Shown here: positions 11,601 through 23,900 of the stretch, piece after piece
How the letters are laid out: every line of letters begins with the position of its first letter
Numbering within the stretch: the first letter of the stretch is position 1
DNA from: Octopus vulgaris
Lineage: Eukaryota
Reading direction: 5' to 3'
DNA: 64,000 bases
Assembly: GCA_951406725.2 (NCBI GenBank)
Contig: OX597814.1
Coordinates: 192,324,001-192,388,000, forward strand
Program-made: the position numbers and the translations under genes
The notes under the pieces: generated by a model
The model's database searches: none
What the model saw: the letters and a program-made list of their open reading frames with translations, nothing else
What the model was told of the DNA's origin: nothing

Positions 11601-14009
11601 TGTCCTTTATACAAATCCACAATTTTTCAGTTAGAGGGCTTGCACTTTCTATGGTCATTCAAAACCATCCAAGGGTGGTTGTGCACATCTTTACATTTCC
11701 CCAGTGACCCTGCAAAGCCATTAAAAAATCAATAGAAGTGGCTTTTTTGTGAATTTTCTATCCAAAACCCAATCAAAATGCCTGAAACTTGATACGCCAA
11801 TTGAATGCCAGCTAGCTGTATGTGATTGGTCGGAGATTTGGACAGTATTCACGTGTATGTGCGCACGCACGCAGCTGTATATGCATGCACTAGCACTATG
11901 ACCTGGATTAATTATATAATCATCTGTCACTTTCCTGATCTTATCCACTCCACTTTAATGAACTTATCCACCCCATTTTTGTCTACCTCCTGACTCTTTG
12001 TCACCATCATCTTGTCTCTCTTTCAAGCTACTCCCACCCATTCTTATACAATGTGGTACAGCTGCATGCATCTCATCTACAGCAAAACACCTGTTCTTAT
12101 AATAATGAAATTATTGTATACAGTGCTCAGGTGCACCACAACTTGTCAAAAGTGCATATAAAGCATATGCAGTAATGTACAAATGTCTGGGAAGTGAACA
12201 GTGTATGAATCAGATACATGCTTGCGTGTGCATGGAGGGGAGAAAATCAGGTGTAGTGTTGGCGAATCTCAGGAAGCATGGAAGTTTTGAAGGATGCAGT
12301 GTTCTGACTTTGTAAACTTTGTGTCCCTCTATCACACTGTAGCCACTCAACACCAGGTATAAAACCACCTCCCTTTCTATTACATCCCATTCAGTTGTGA
12401 AGGCTTTTTTTGTCTTATGAATTACTTGCTGATCTCACGAGTGCCGGTGCTACTAAAAGAGATATCCAGTACACTCTGTAAAAAGGCTGACATTATTAAG
12501 AGTATCCAGCTGTAGAAAACCTGCCAATGTAGACAGAGCTTGACACAGTCCCTAGACTCATTGGATCCTGTCAAACCTTGCTAGTTATGCAGCATGGAAG
12601 GTGAATGTTAAATAATGATGATGATGATAGAAAAAGATATCAAAGAATACATTTTAAATCATGAAAAATGCAGCCATGCCTGTGCCTGTGTAGTTGAAAA
12701 GTTTGCTTTGTTGTCACATGGTTTCAGGTTCAACCCTATTATATGGCACCTGGGCAAATGTCTTATAATTGCCATTGGCTGACCAATGCCTTGTAAATGA
12801 ATGTAGTATTTTTATCATTTGTCTATGCAGATGCAAACAAACCAACATCAAGCAGTGCAGAGACAAACGCAAAAATGCACAGACCCACACAAACTTAGGT
12901 ATATAGTTTCACCCATCAGCTTATTGAACAAGCTGTGCTTTTTACGTGGCTTAGCACACAGGTGACTTTTATGTGGCCTGGTACAGATGCCTTTTATATG
13001 GTACTGGCACGGGCATTTTATGTGGCACTGGCATGAGTAATTTTTATATGGCACCAGCAATGGTGCTTTTTACATGGTATTGGCATGGGACTCTCTTGTA
13101 AGGCGAAAAACACCTCTTCAGCTGGGAGGGGAGCAGTAGCAATTTGGTAACAAAAAACTTAATAGTTGTATGGATAATGACATCCTGACATATAATCTTA
13201 ACATTTAGTTGTGTTGTGCTATGCTCTTAAATGAGACACTTAATTGTACTAAAGAAGGAATGAAGATACCAAGTTGTATTAACCTCAGAAACATCTAAGT
13301 AGTATTTCAGTAAGCTTAAATTGGTAAGGAACATAAAGAAAAGTTCATGTCATCATCATCATTTAACATCCGCTTTCCATGCTAGCATGGGTAGGACGAA
13401 CCAGACTCCAATCTGATCTGGCAGAGTTTCTACAGCTGGATGCCCTACCTAATGCCAACCACTCCGAGAGTGTAGTGGGTGCTTTTACGTGCCACTGGCA
13501 CAAGGGCCAGTCTGGCAGTAATGGAAATGACCATGCTTGAAATGGTGTTTTTTACGTGCCACCTGCACAGGAGTCAGTCCAGTGGCACTAGCAACGACCT
13601 CGCTCAAATGTTTTGTTCATGTGCCACCGGCACAAGTGCCAGTAAGGCGATGCTGATAACGATCCCGCTCAAATGGTGCTTTTTATGTGCCAACAGCATG
13701 GAAGCCAGTGATCCCGCTCAGATGGAGCTGTTAGCGCTCCACTGGCACAGGTGCCAGTCATCGAATTTGGTTCAATTTCGATTTCGTATTATAATTAATT
13801 CAAATCAACTGTGATGAATCAGTTTTGGCATTAAAATAATTAATTAAATAATGATTTACTTATTTGTCTAAAATTTTTATATTGCAGTCCATGGTCTTGA
13901 GGTGAAAGCCATGACAGAACAACCTCTGGAAGAAGAACCATTAAATCCTGGAAAGAACACAGTTTCTTATGAAGCACGGATGTTGAAAAGTATTCTTATG
14001 CAGTTGTAG
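2596..14009 (+). CDS. TTC30: TTC30/IFT70 intraflagellar transport TPR protein, 3' part (6 coding exons in window; 5' exons lie upstream)
   Basis: Exons 2596-2672, 5487-5694, 7092-7163, 10926-11029, 11331-11539, 13888-14009. The spliced translation matches the TTC30 C-terminus as recalled (YIPILM..WKLNVAHVLFMQ..SAIVLANLCVSYIMT..HLCIVNMVIGTLYCAKGNYEFGISRVIKSLEPY..EQPLEE..GKNTV). Confidence 0.96.
5487..5694 (+). CDS. TTC30: TTC30 exon
   Basis: YIPILMQQARIHWDMENY...KKNYEQ; tag/gtaagt. Confidence 0.95.
6060..6598 (+). mobile_element. Second copy of the tRNA-head/hammerhead element, preceded by an inverted tail copy; two RTE-tail insertions
   Basis: Head from 6304, hammerhead motif 6500-6545, inverted tail 6060-6290, RTE-type insertions at about 6088-6231 and 6330-6365. 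Confidence 0.7.
7092..7163 (+). CDS. TTC30: TTC30 exon
   Basis: LQDISAIVLANLCVSYIMTNQNEE; tag/gtaagt. Confidence 0.95.
7187..7613 (-). mobile_element. 5'-truncated R4/Dong-like non-LTR retrotransposon (REL endonuclease C-terminus) in (TAA)n
   Basis: RDHEETKCFLIDV..DDNISLKEMGKLSKYKDLEIEVTRMWSLKTETIPI..GTLGMIK / KKYSDKYITKTPGL; TTA repeats at both ends. Confidence 0.82.
10478..10770 (+). mobile_element. tRNA-derived SINE family D; related copy at 57040-57318(-)
   Basis: A-box TGGCCTAGTGG, B-box GATTCGAATC, shared body ACACCTAAGCTCCACG. Confidence 0.75.
10926..11029 (+). CDS. TTC30: TTC30 exon
   Basis: AEAVMRKLEQEEEKLAHTDPDKKVYHLCIVNMVI; cag/gtatgt. Confidence 0.95.
11331..11539 (+). CDS. TTC30: TTC30 exon
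   Basis: TLYCAKGNYEFGISRVIKSLEPYQKKLVTDTWFYAKRCF...FLEHCE; cag/gtaagt. Confidence 0.95.
12100..12308 (-). mobile_element. CR1-group LINE extreme 3' fragment
   Basis: Shares tacagtgctcaggtgcac..caactt and gtgtagt..ggcg..gaagcatg..aaggatgcagtg with 58527-58630. Confidence 0.7.
13888..14009 (+). CDS. TTC30: TTC30 last coding exon
   Basis: HGLEVKAMTEQPLEEEPLNPGKNTVSYEARMLKSILMQL*; cag acceptor, TAG at 14007-14009. Confidence 0.93.
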
Positions 14010-14883
14010 CCAATCAAATTCACAGAAGGATGTAAACAGTAAATTTTATCCATTCTATCAGTGACTAACACGCTGCTAATGTTCTGACTGTTACATTTTA
14101 TAACACAAGACTACACAGAAACACTATCATCATACTGAGACCATTACATCGCACTTTACAACACAACTCTTTTACTTGTTTCAGTCATTTGACTGTGGCC
14201 ATGCTGGAGCACCGCCTTTAGTCGAGCAAATCAACCCCAGGACTTATTCTTTGTAAGCCTAGTACTTAGTCTATTGGTCTCTTTTGCTGAACCGCTAAGT
14301 TATGGGGACATAAACACACCAGCATTAGTAGTCAAGCGATGTTGGGGGGGACAAACACATACACAAACACACATACATATATATGATGGGCTTCTTTCAG
14401 TTTCCGTCTACCAAATCCACTCACAAGGTTTGGTCGGCCCGAGGCTATAGTAGAAGACACTTGCCGAAGGTGCCACGCAGTGAGGCTGAACCCGGAACTA
14501 TGTGGTTGGTAAGCAAGCTACTTACCACACAGCCACTCCTACGCCTATAAATATATAAAAAATGTGGCAATTAATACCAATCCGTCCACTTATATAAATT
14601 CCACTAACACCAAACTGACTCACCACACATACAATCTGCACCGTCAGCACCTCATTTCACGCCACACCATTAACAACAAAGAGAAAAATTTGGAAAAATA
14701 ATTCATTATATATTTAATTGTATTAATAATTATTTTCTTAAACCCATTATAATGTTGCCATTAAATTATTTGAACAGCTTTCTGATATTTTCACACACAA
14801 TCAATCATAAATGTGTTTATGTAGATATCTTAATTCTCCATGGTGGAATGTTTTCTTGTTTTCATTACAAAAGCCATTAGAAT

Positions 14884-14916
14884 TCACAACTTAGATGAAG
14901 TGAGCCAAGAGAATTC
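14884..14916 (-). CDS. HACL1: HACL1 exon 18 (last, encodes PTS1)
   Basis: Poly-T/ag acceptor, then [10 protein letters not shown] (TGA). Confidence 0.92.
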   Translation of the reverse strand, partial: EFSWLTSSKL

Positions 14917-17900
14917 CTAAAAAAAAACAAAAACAAGAGTGAATTGTAAATTGAAAAATTGCAGAACTTAATATGTCATACTGTTCTTGAAAATTACATT
15001 TCCCTTAAAATAAATATTTATGATAAAATAAAATGCTTAGAAACATTATTTATTGCTAAAATATGATTTTACCATAAACTTAACTACCGAATATATGTTA
15101 ACTTCACATTTACTGCTGTGCTGTGTATATTCTTTGTAACTTGTAGCATGATTACATCAGAGTTTAAGCAGTGTGATCACAAAAAATTTTGGCACCAAAT
15201 GATAAATATTTAAGTTAATTTGACAGTCTTTGTGCATTCTTGAATGACTTAATATGTGTCTTCTACGCTGTAATTGTTCAACTAATATACTACGTTACGA
15301 GAGTATTGTACTTCGCTTCAAGCATTGTGTATTGTTTGTAAAGAATAAAAAGTTTTGAATGGTATAACAATGCACTATAATACAGACAATGGGCTATATA
15401 CCTATTGTAATTTAGTCATCCAGTCTGATATATTTCTGAATAATATTGTAATAATTAATAATAATATTCCTTCTTATAGCAGCAACTCAATCTAAGAATA
15501 TCTGAAGAAGGAATATTATTCCGAAATATCATATCAGACAATGGATGACTGAATTACAACAGCTATATAGCCCTGTAAGGCGGCGAGCTGGCAGAAACGT
15601 TAGCACTCCGGGCGAAATGCTCACCAAAATTTCGTCTGCCGCTACGTTCTGAGTTCAAATTCCGCCGAGGTTAACTTTGCCTTTCATCCTTTCGGGGTAG
15701 ATAAATTAAGTACCAGTTACGCACTGGGGTTGATGTATTCGACTTAATCCGTTTGTCTGTCCTTGTTTAACCTCTCTGTGTCTAGCCCCTTGTGGGTAGT
15801 AAAGAAATAGGTATATAGCCCATTGTCTATATTATAGTGCATTGTTGTACCATTCAAAACTTTTTATTCTTTACAAATAATATGTTACAGTTAGTATTAA
15901 GCCACTAAAAAAAAAGCAGTCGCTTGATCTGTGATCTCCCTCAACCGATGGCATACAAAGTGAAACAATGGAAAACAACAAACCTGTGTCTTCCGAGTGG
16001 CAACTGGGTCAATTAAGATGTTGAACAGATAAGCTCCATCTTCATCTTCCATTGCATCTTTAAACCCTTTACACAGTTCCTCTGGGGTCCTCACCAGGCG
16101 ACCTTTGCCACCAAAGGCTTCCATAACCATGTCATAACGAGTCTCTGGAGTTAGAGCTGTAGGCGGCGCCCTGCAAAAGCAATCAACAAGTTCTTGTGAC
16201 TTTTCAGAAAAGTAGAAGAAACCTCTGTAATCCATCTGCCCTTTACTGTCTTCACAGCAAAGCTGGATTTATAACAACAGTGAGTAAAGATAGTCTTTAG
16301 AAAGTGTTATTTTCAGTTGTAAGTTCTTATTGAGTAGAGTAGAAACAATACGTGGTTTTGATATATAGGTTATGAGAGGTAATGGTGTCAGTGAGACCCA
16401 AAGGTGTCAAGTAATGTTGAATAAGTGCCATTGTTAAGTTCCAGATTCGGTGATTATGCGAATAAGGAGTCCAACTTAGGTCATATATCAGCGTGTGTAT
16501 ATAAAAAAATTTTTTTTCGTAATGAGATAAAAAACGAAGGCTGTGTAGATTTTAGAACATTTACAGCCTTGGTTTTTTTTATCTCATTACAAAAAAAAAA
16601 TATATATATGTATGTATATATATATATATATATATAAAAATCAAAATTGATGACTGGCATCTGTGCAAGTGGAGTGCTAAGAGTACCATACGAGTGAGAT
16701 CGTTGCCAGAGCAACAAGCTGGCCTCCATGCTGATGGCATGTAAAAACACCATTCAAGCGTGATCATTACCTGCGTTGCCTTACTGGCACTTGTACTGGT
16801 AGCACGTGAAAGTACCACCACCTGGCTCATGAATGCCACTAAAAGCTTCCATGGGCCAGGTGATGGTATTTGACCAGGTAACAGGTTTAGTCTATCACTC
16901 AACATACTAGAAATAACAGTCAACTTCTGAAACCACCTTCTGCTATCTCAGAAAAAAAAGAAAAAGAGAACAGTTGATAAATTGTCTGCAAAATAAAAAA
17001 AAAGACACAGATGGTCACAGTGATCGGCTTAATAACACCTACAACAGCATTTTTCAAGATGGCTTAAAGTACAGGATCAGCAATGTTCAAGAGATGAATG
17101 AAATAGAAAACCTTTGGTCATAGCTCTGATCAATCAGGGCTTACTTAGGGCTAAACAATAACAGGATTATAAGATTCCTTTCTGAGTTACCAAATGAAAA
17201 CTTACACAAGAGTCATGTCATCTTCCTGAAGGTAATTCCAACTGTCATTATCCAAACCACTGTAGATTCCATTATTGTTGAAGACAAGAAATATTACTGG
17301 CAGTTTATATCTGGAAGGAGAGAAGGGTGAGTGGTTAATTGTTATTGAGTAGAAATGCTATAGGATGATTCAGAGGACCCTTACACATATATGCAAGGGA
17401 GAAAGAAACCATTGAAGACCTACACTGAGATTCAATGATACTGGAAAGGAATTGGTAATAATAATTAGTAAATTCAAGTGAAAAACACCGACAAGTATAG
17501 AGAAAGCTTGTCAAGTCATGCCAAAGCCATGAAGAGTCATAGTCACAATGACTGACTGCTTGGGCAAGTGTCTTTTGCTATAGCCCCGGGCCGACCAATG
17601 CCTTGTGAGTGGATTTGGTAGACGGAAACTGAAAGAAGCCTGTCGTATATATGTATGTGTGTGTTTGTGTGTCTGTGTTTGTCCCCCTAGCATTGCTTGA
17701 CAACCGATGCTGGTGTGTTTACGTCCCCGTCACTTAGCGGTTCGGCAAAAAGAGATCGATAGAATAAGTACTGGGCTTACAAAGAATAAGTCCCGGGGTC
17801 GATATGCTCGACTAAAGGTGGTGCTCCAGCATGGCCACAGTCAAATGACTGAAACAAGTAAAAGAGTAAAAAAGAGAGTAAGAGTATATGCATACATAGC

Positions 17901-20900
17901 CGTTATAGTAGATATACAGGGATGGCCCAAAAGTAGGTTTACAGTTATTCAACTATCTCTTTCGCATTCATATATTAACAGTTTAGAGCTTAATTATAAA
18001 AAAAAATCTGAAACCATTATTCTATGTTAATTTAGGTAATTGTAAGAGAGAAGTTTAAATGCAATAAAATGTTTTAAAAGAAATTTGAAGTGCCTACGTG
18101 ATAACTGTAAACCTACTTTTGGGCCACCCTGTATAAACCAGCATTTCGCATGTCTTAATGTTCTGAGTTCAAATTCCACTGAAGTCGACTTTGCTTTTCA
18201 TCCTTTCAGGGCCAATAAAATAAGTACCAGTTAAGTACTGGGGTTGATGCAATCAACTTATTTCCTCCCTCAAAATTGCTGACCTTACGCTAAAATTTGA
18301 AATCAATATTACATCCGAGCGTGATTGTTGCCAGAGCGGCTAACTGGCTTCCGTGCCAGTGGCATGTGTAAAAAGATTCGAGCAATGTCATTGCCAGTAC
18401 CACCTGACTGGCCCCTGTGCCGGTGGCATATAAAAGCACCCACTACACTCTCGGAGTGGTTGGCATTAGGAAGGGCATCCAGCTGTAGAAACTCTGCCAA
18501 ATCAAGATTGGAGCCTGGTGCAACCTCCTGGTTCAACAGCCCTCAGTCAAAATCGCCCAACCCATGCTAGCATGGAAAGCAGACGTTAAATGATGATGAT
18601 GATGAAAGATATAGAACAAGTGAACAGACAGTGGCTGAGAGTTAAAGTTGTCAGCTAATGTATACAAGAGAGATGACCTGTGGACGATTGACGTGAAGGA
18701 ATGATAAGTGAAAATGAAAGATTACCACAAACTATTGTTAGAGGGTACCCACTGCAAAAGAAAGCTAAGGAAGACATGGGAGGGAAAAAAGTCGCCTTAC
18801 TAGCACTTGTGCTGGTGGCACGTAAAAAAACATTCGAGCGAGGTCGTTGCCAGTGCCACTGGACTGGCTCCTGTGCAGGTGACACGTAAAAATCACCATT
18901 TGATCATGGCCATTGCCAGTACCTACAAACTGGCCCTCGTGCCGGTGGCACATAAAAGCACCCACTACACTCTCGGAGTGGTTGGCGTTAGGAAGGGCAT
19001 CCAGGTGTAGAAAATCTGCCAGATCAAGATTGGAGTTTGGTTCGCCAGTCCTCAGTCAAATCATCCAACCCATGCTAGCATGGAAAGCAGACATTAAATG
19101 ATGATGATGAGGTTGAAGTTCAGGATGTTCAAGACTCAGAGATGAGCTGACAAAGGATCATAACAAGTGTTGAAATGCTGCCTAATTCATAACAGCTTGA
19201 AAAAGTGGATTTTAAAACATTTATAAAGCTGTTGATTAATATATATTTCAGGTGAACTGACAGAACTCTTAGCATGCCAGACATATTGCTTAGTGGCATT
19301 TATTCTGCCTTTACATTCTTATTTCTTTACTGTCCACAAGAGGCTACTCACAGAGGGGACAAACAAACGGATTAAGTCAATTATATCGACCCCAGTGCAT
19401 AACTGGTACTTATTTAATCGACCCCGAAAGGATGAAAGGCAAAGTCGACCTCAGCGGAATTTGAACTCAGAATGCAGCTGCAGACGAAATACCACTAAGC
19501 ATTTCGCCCAGCATGCTAACATTTCTGAGTTCAAATGCTACCAAGGTTGGTAGCATTTGAATTCTTTTGGGGTTGAGAAAGCAAGTACCAGTTGAGCACT
19601 GAAGTCAATGCAATCAACTTGTCCCCTCTCACACATTTCAGGCCTTGTGCCTATAGAAGAAAGAATTAATATACATTTCAATACAACTATCCCTTACATA
19701 ATATTTTGGACATGGTGCTCCTTATGAAAATTCTCAATATATATATGTGACAAAAATATTTATTTTCCCACAGTATAAACCTGTACAAATCTACTCTTCT
19801 TCAACTTTCCTTATAATCTCTGAAATCATCTCACCTGCATACAGTCTCCAATTCCATTGCTGAAAAACCAATGGCGCTGTCTCCTTCAACGCAAATCACA
19901 CGCTTCTTACCGCCTGTCTCCTTACACCACAAGGCAGCTGCTATTGCAAATCCTAAACCAACACCCATCGTTCCAAAGCTTCCAGCATCAAGCCTGAAAA
20001 TCAAAAATACAAATATAACATCATTTAAATCTATACTAGTACTATGACACGGCAACACCGGTCATAGTGCTAGTGCATGCATATACAGCTGCGTGCATGC
20101 ACACATACACGCGAGTACTGTCCAAATCTCCGACCAATCACATACAGCTAGCTGGCATTCAATTGGCGTATCAAGTTTTGGGCATTTTGATTGGGTTTTG
20201 GATAAAAAAATTCACAAAAAAGTCACTTCTATTGGTTTTTTAATGGCTTTGCAGGGTGACTGGGGAAATGTAAAGATGTGCACGACCACCCTTGGACGGT
20301 TTTCAATGATCATAGAAAGTGCGAGCCCTCTAACTGAAAAATTGTGGATTTGTATAAAGGACACACACAGACATTTTGCCGTTTATATATATAGAGAGAT
20401 ATATATATAAAAGGGAGATTCTGTCCATTCGTGTGTTTGTTAGTCCCACAAAGTGAAAGTAAATGGTTCAAGGGAAGCAACACTAATTGTGCACAAACTT
20501 ATGATGAACTGCATTGAGGCAAATATTCTCACTGGTTGTGGTAAATGCAACACGGTTCCTTGCATACCAATTATACCATTTAAGCCCTTACAGTTTCCCA
20601 TTCCACTTTCTTTTGCCATGAGCATTAATAAATCATCAATGGCACAGAGTGGTAAGACTTGGATGTATAGAAGCATTTGCTTGTCTTTCATATAAAAATT
20701 TTTCCGAAGCAGGTGTGGCTGTGTGGTAAAAAGTTTGTTTCCCAACTACATGGTTCTGGGTTCAGTCCCACAGCATGGCACCTTGAGAAAGTGTGTTCTG
20801 CTATAGCATTGGACTGACATACACATATATAACAAACCAGTGTTGGTTTGTTTACATTCCCATAATTTAGCAGTTCAGAAAATTGTCCAACAGAATAAAT

Positions 20901-23900
20901 AGCAGACTCAATAAAAATAGAACTGGGGTCAGTTTTGTTAGACTAACCACATCAAGGCAGTGCCCCAGCATAGCCGTAGTCTAATGACTGAAGCAAGTAA
21001 AAGAAGAAAGAAAGACAGACAAACCGTTGTCTTGGTAACAGGTTTTGTATCATGGACCGACCAATATCCATTGTGTTGGCTCCTTCACTCACAATGACAA
21101 CATCATTTTCTCCAAGAATTTCTGTAATCTAAAAAAATAATTGAAAATAATTGGACTTCCAAGTACAAGATCGAAACATATCGTTATATAAATTTGCCTA
21201 ATTAGTGAATTATTTTCACCTAAAAAGAAAAACAAAAATAAATCCTGTATATTAGCTGTTCTGGAGGTTTGGCAGCTTTGAGTTAATGCTTTGCTGAAGA
21301 GGGATAATAAAACTGAAACTTGTCTGTAGTTGTCACCACAGCTGCCAAAGGTTGACTCACTCTTCTCCTGTATTTCTTCGTTTAATTCTTTGCTAATTGA
21401 AATTTCAAGAGTTCTCTCCCTTGCTTCTTTAGAGAGTAATTTTCATTAAACACTAATGAATTTACTTCTCATTACATTTATAATTTCATATAACCACATT
21501 AAGTACAATAGCCTGAACATAAATTATATGTGACAGATTTTAGAATTATCAAGAATTGCCTTAGATATATTGTGTTGGAAATATTGTTATTTGGTTGCTT
21601 CATTTGTGATGAATTTGAGATACAGTTATATGATATTCTTTTGTTATTCTAACTGTTTCAGTCAAGACTGTGGCCATGCTGGGGCACTGCCTTGATTGAA
21701 TCAACCCCTCTAATTGTTCTTTAAATTTAGTACTTATTCTATCAGTTATTTCTGCTGAACTCCAAAGTTATGGGTGATATAAACAAATTTATACTGGTTG
21801 TCAAGTTACAAGAGACAAACAGATATATATATGAGTATGTATGTATGTATGTATGTAAGTGCATATATATATATTACACATCCCTAACCTGAGGGAAGAG
21901 CTCTCTCACCTTTTACTCTTCCCTCAAGTTGGATAACCAAGTATCTTCTTTATAACAACACACCCATTTCTGTCCTCCTTTTTATCTCTATCTCTCTGGC
22001 CAGGTAACCATGTACCTCCCCTACAGCAAAACACCTATTTCTATCTCTCTGTCTCATTATAACCTTTCATCATCTGACACAAGATCCCCTCATCAAATGT
22101 CTCCTTCCCTCTCAAAGGACTTTTTTGTTATGCAAGTTACCTGGTGACATTGCCAGTGCTGGTATCACTTAAAAAGCATCCAGTCAACTCTGTAAAGTGG
22201 TTGGCATTTGGAAGGGCATCCAACTATAAAACCATGCCAAAACCGACCTTGGCTGTGCTTGTGCAATGTAAAAAGCACTAAGTCCACTCTGCTGGGTGGT
22301 TGGTGTTAGGAAGGATATCTAGTCATAAAAACCTTGTCAAAACAGACACAGAAGTCTGGTGCAGGCTCCTGCCTGGCCAGCCCCTGTTAAACTGGCCAAT
22401 CCATGCCAGCATGATAATATTACATGAAATATTTTCACACAGTTTTCATCTACCAAATTCCCTTACAAAACATTGCTCAGCTTGAGCTATAGCAGAAGAT
22501 ATTTGCCCAAGGTCTTACACAATGGGACTGAACCCAAAACCCATAGGATTGTGAAATGAAATCCTTTACCATACAGCCATGCCTGTAATATTTTTGCCTT
22601 ATCGATATAAGATATAATCATACAAAGATGGCTAAACTGTGATGGGTTCAAAATATGGTCAGTTTATTCACAAAATATGATATTTAGGCAGAAATATTGT
22701 GGAACCGAAGATAAGTTCCTAGAATAACTAAACACATTATTTATTTTGAATGCCTAGATGTAGTTATTTGGTTTTACTTACCTATTACCCTGTTACTAAT
22801 GCCTGAAGGAAAGCAATGAATATCACAGCCTCCTCTTCCCAGACCTCTGAAAATCTTAATGTTTATGCTATCCATGCATCTACTCTAGTACTCAATTATG
22901 AAAGCAGAGTTAACCTACATTCTTACAAAGATTTGCCCCCAACCCATTCTGATGGAACTAAGAGGGTTTGATTTGGTAATAAGACAAGCAGGTAATAAAA
23001 TAAGTCTATATGCTATGAGATTCTGATATTTTGGGTAGGGATTATCTTTGGAGAAGAAATATATTTTTTATATTTTTATAATAGGCAGTAAAGATTATAA
23101 AAATTAAGAACACATTTGGACAGACAAATGTGAAAGTGAGATTAACTTACTTTAGAGAAGGCACAGTAATAGTTGAGAGGCACAGTTTCATCAGCACTCA
23201 AAGCCTGAGTAAAATAGATTTAATATAGAAAAACAGAAAATTATTCAAGGAACATGATGTGTAATTTCTGCTACCTCAAAATTTGATTTTTTAAAAAATT
23301 TAATTTAACTTTGAAATATTGAAAAATATTCAAGAAATAAGACACAAAATTTCTATTAACTTAAAATTTGACTTCTACATTTGGCACAATGCTACAAATA
23401 TTGTAGGAGAGGAATATAGTTAGTTGAATCAATCTTAGTCCAAGGCTGGTACATATTTTGTCAATTTGATATGGATTAGAAGCAAAATCAACCTTAACCT
23501 TTAGCACACTGCATTTTCTCTAAAATTGTTTCCTCTGCAACTGACCTATTACTACAAGGGAGAAAACTCATATGGTGATATGATGCACCTACAGTGTGCT
23601 ACAGGTCAAACAGCTGAACTCAGAATATAAGGAGACCTAATTAAATATGGTGGCTGTTAGAAATTTCTTTGATTACATGCTGCTTGCTATATTTAAAAAC
23701 AAGGCACATTTACTTATGTAATTCTACACAGAATATGTCTGGAAAAATAAAAAGATAAAGAATCATCATAGCTACAATACCTTTGATGACAGGTTTCCTT
23801 GGTCAGGCTTGATCAGAAGCTACACAGCAGCAGCTACTACAACTGCTTCTGTTGCTGTAGCTGTCACCACCACATTTAGTCTAGCACTAGCATTCCTACT

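Noticed and set aside
18309-19101. Recurrent '[22 protein letters not shown]' / '[18 protein letters not shown]' peptides
   Set aside because: Translations of the non-coding RTE-tail SINE found many times in the window, not a protein family.
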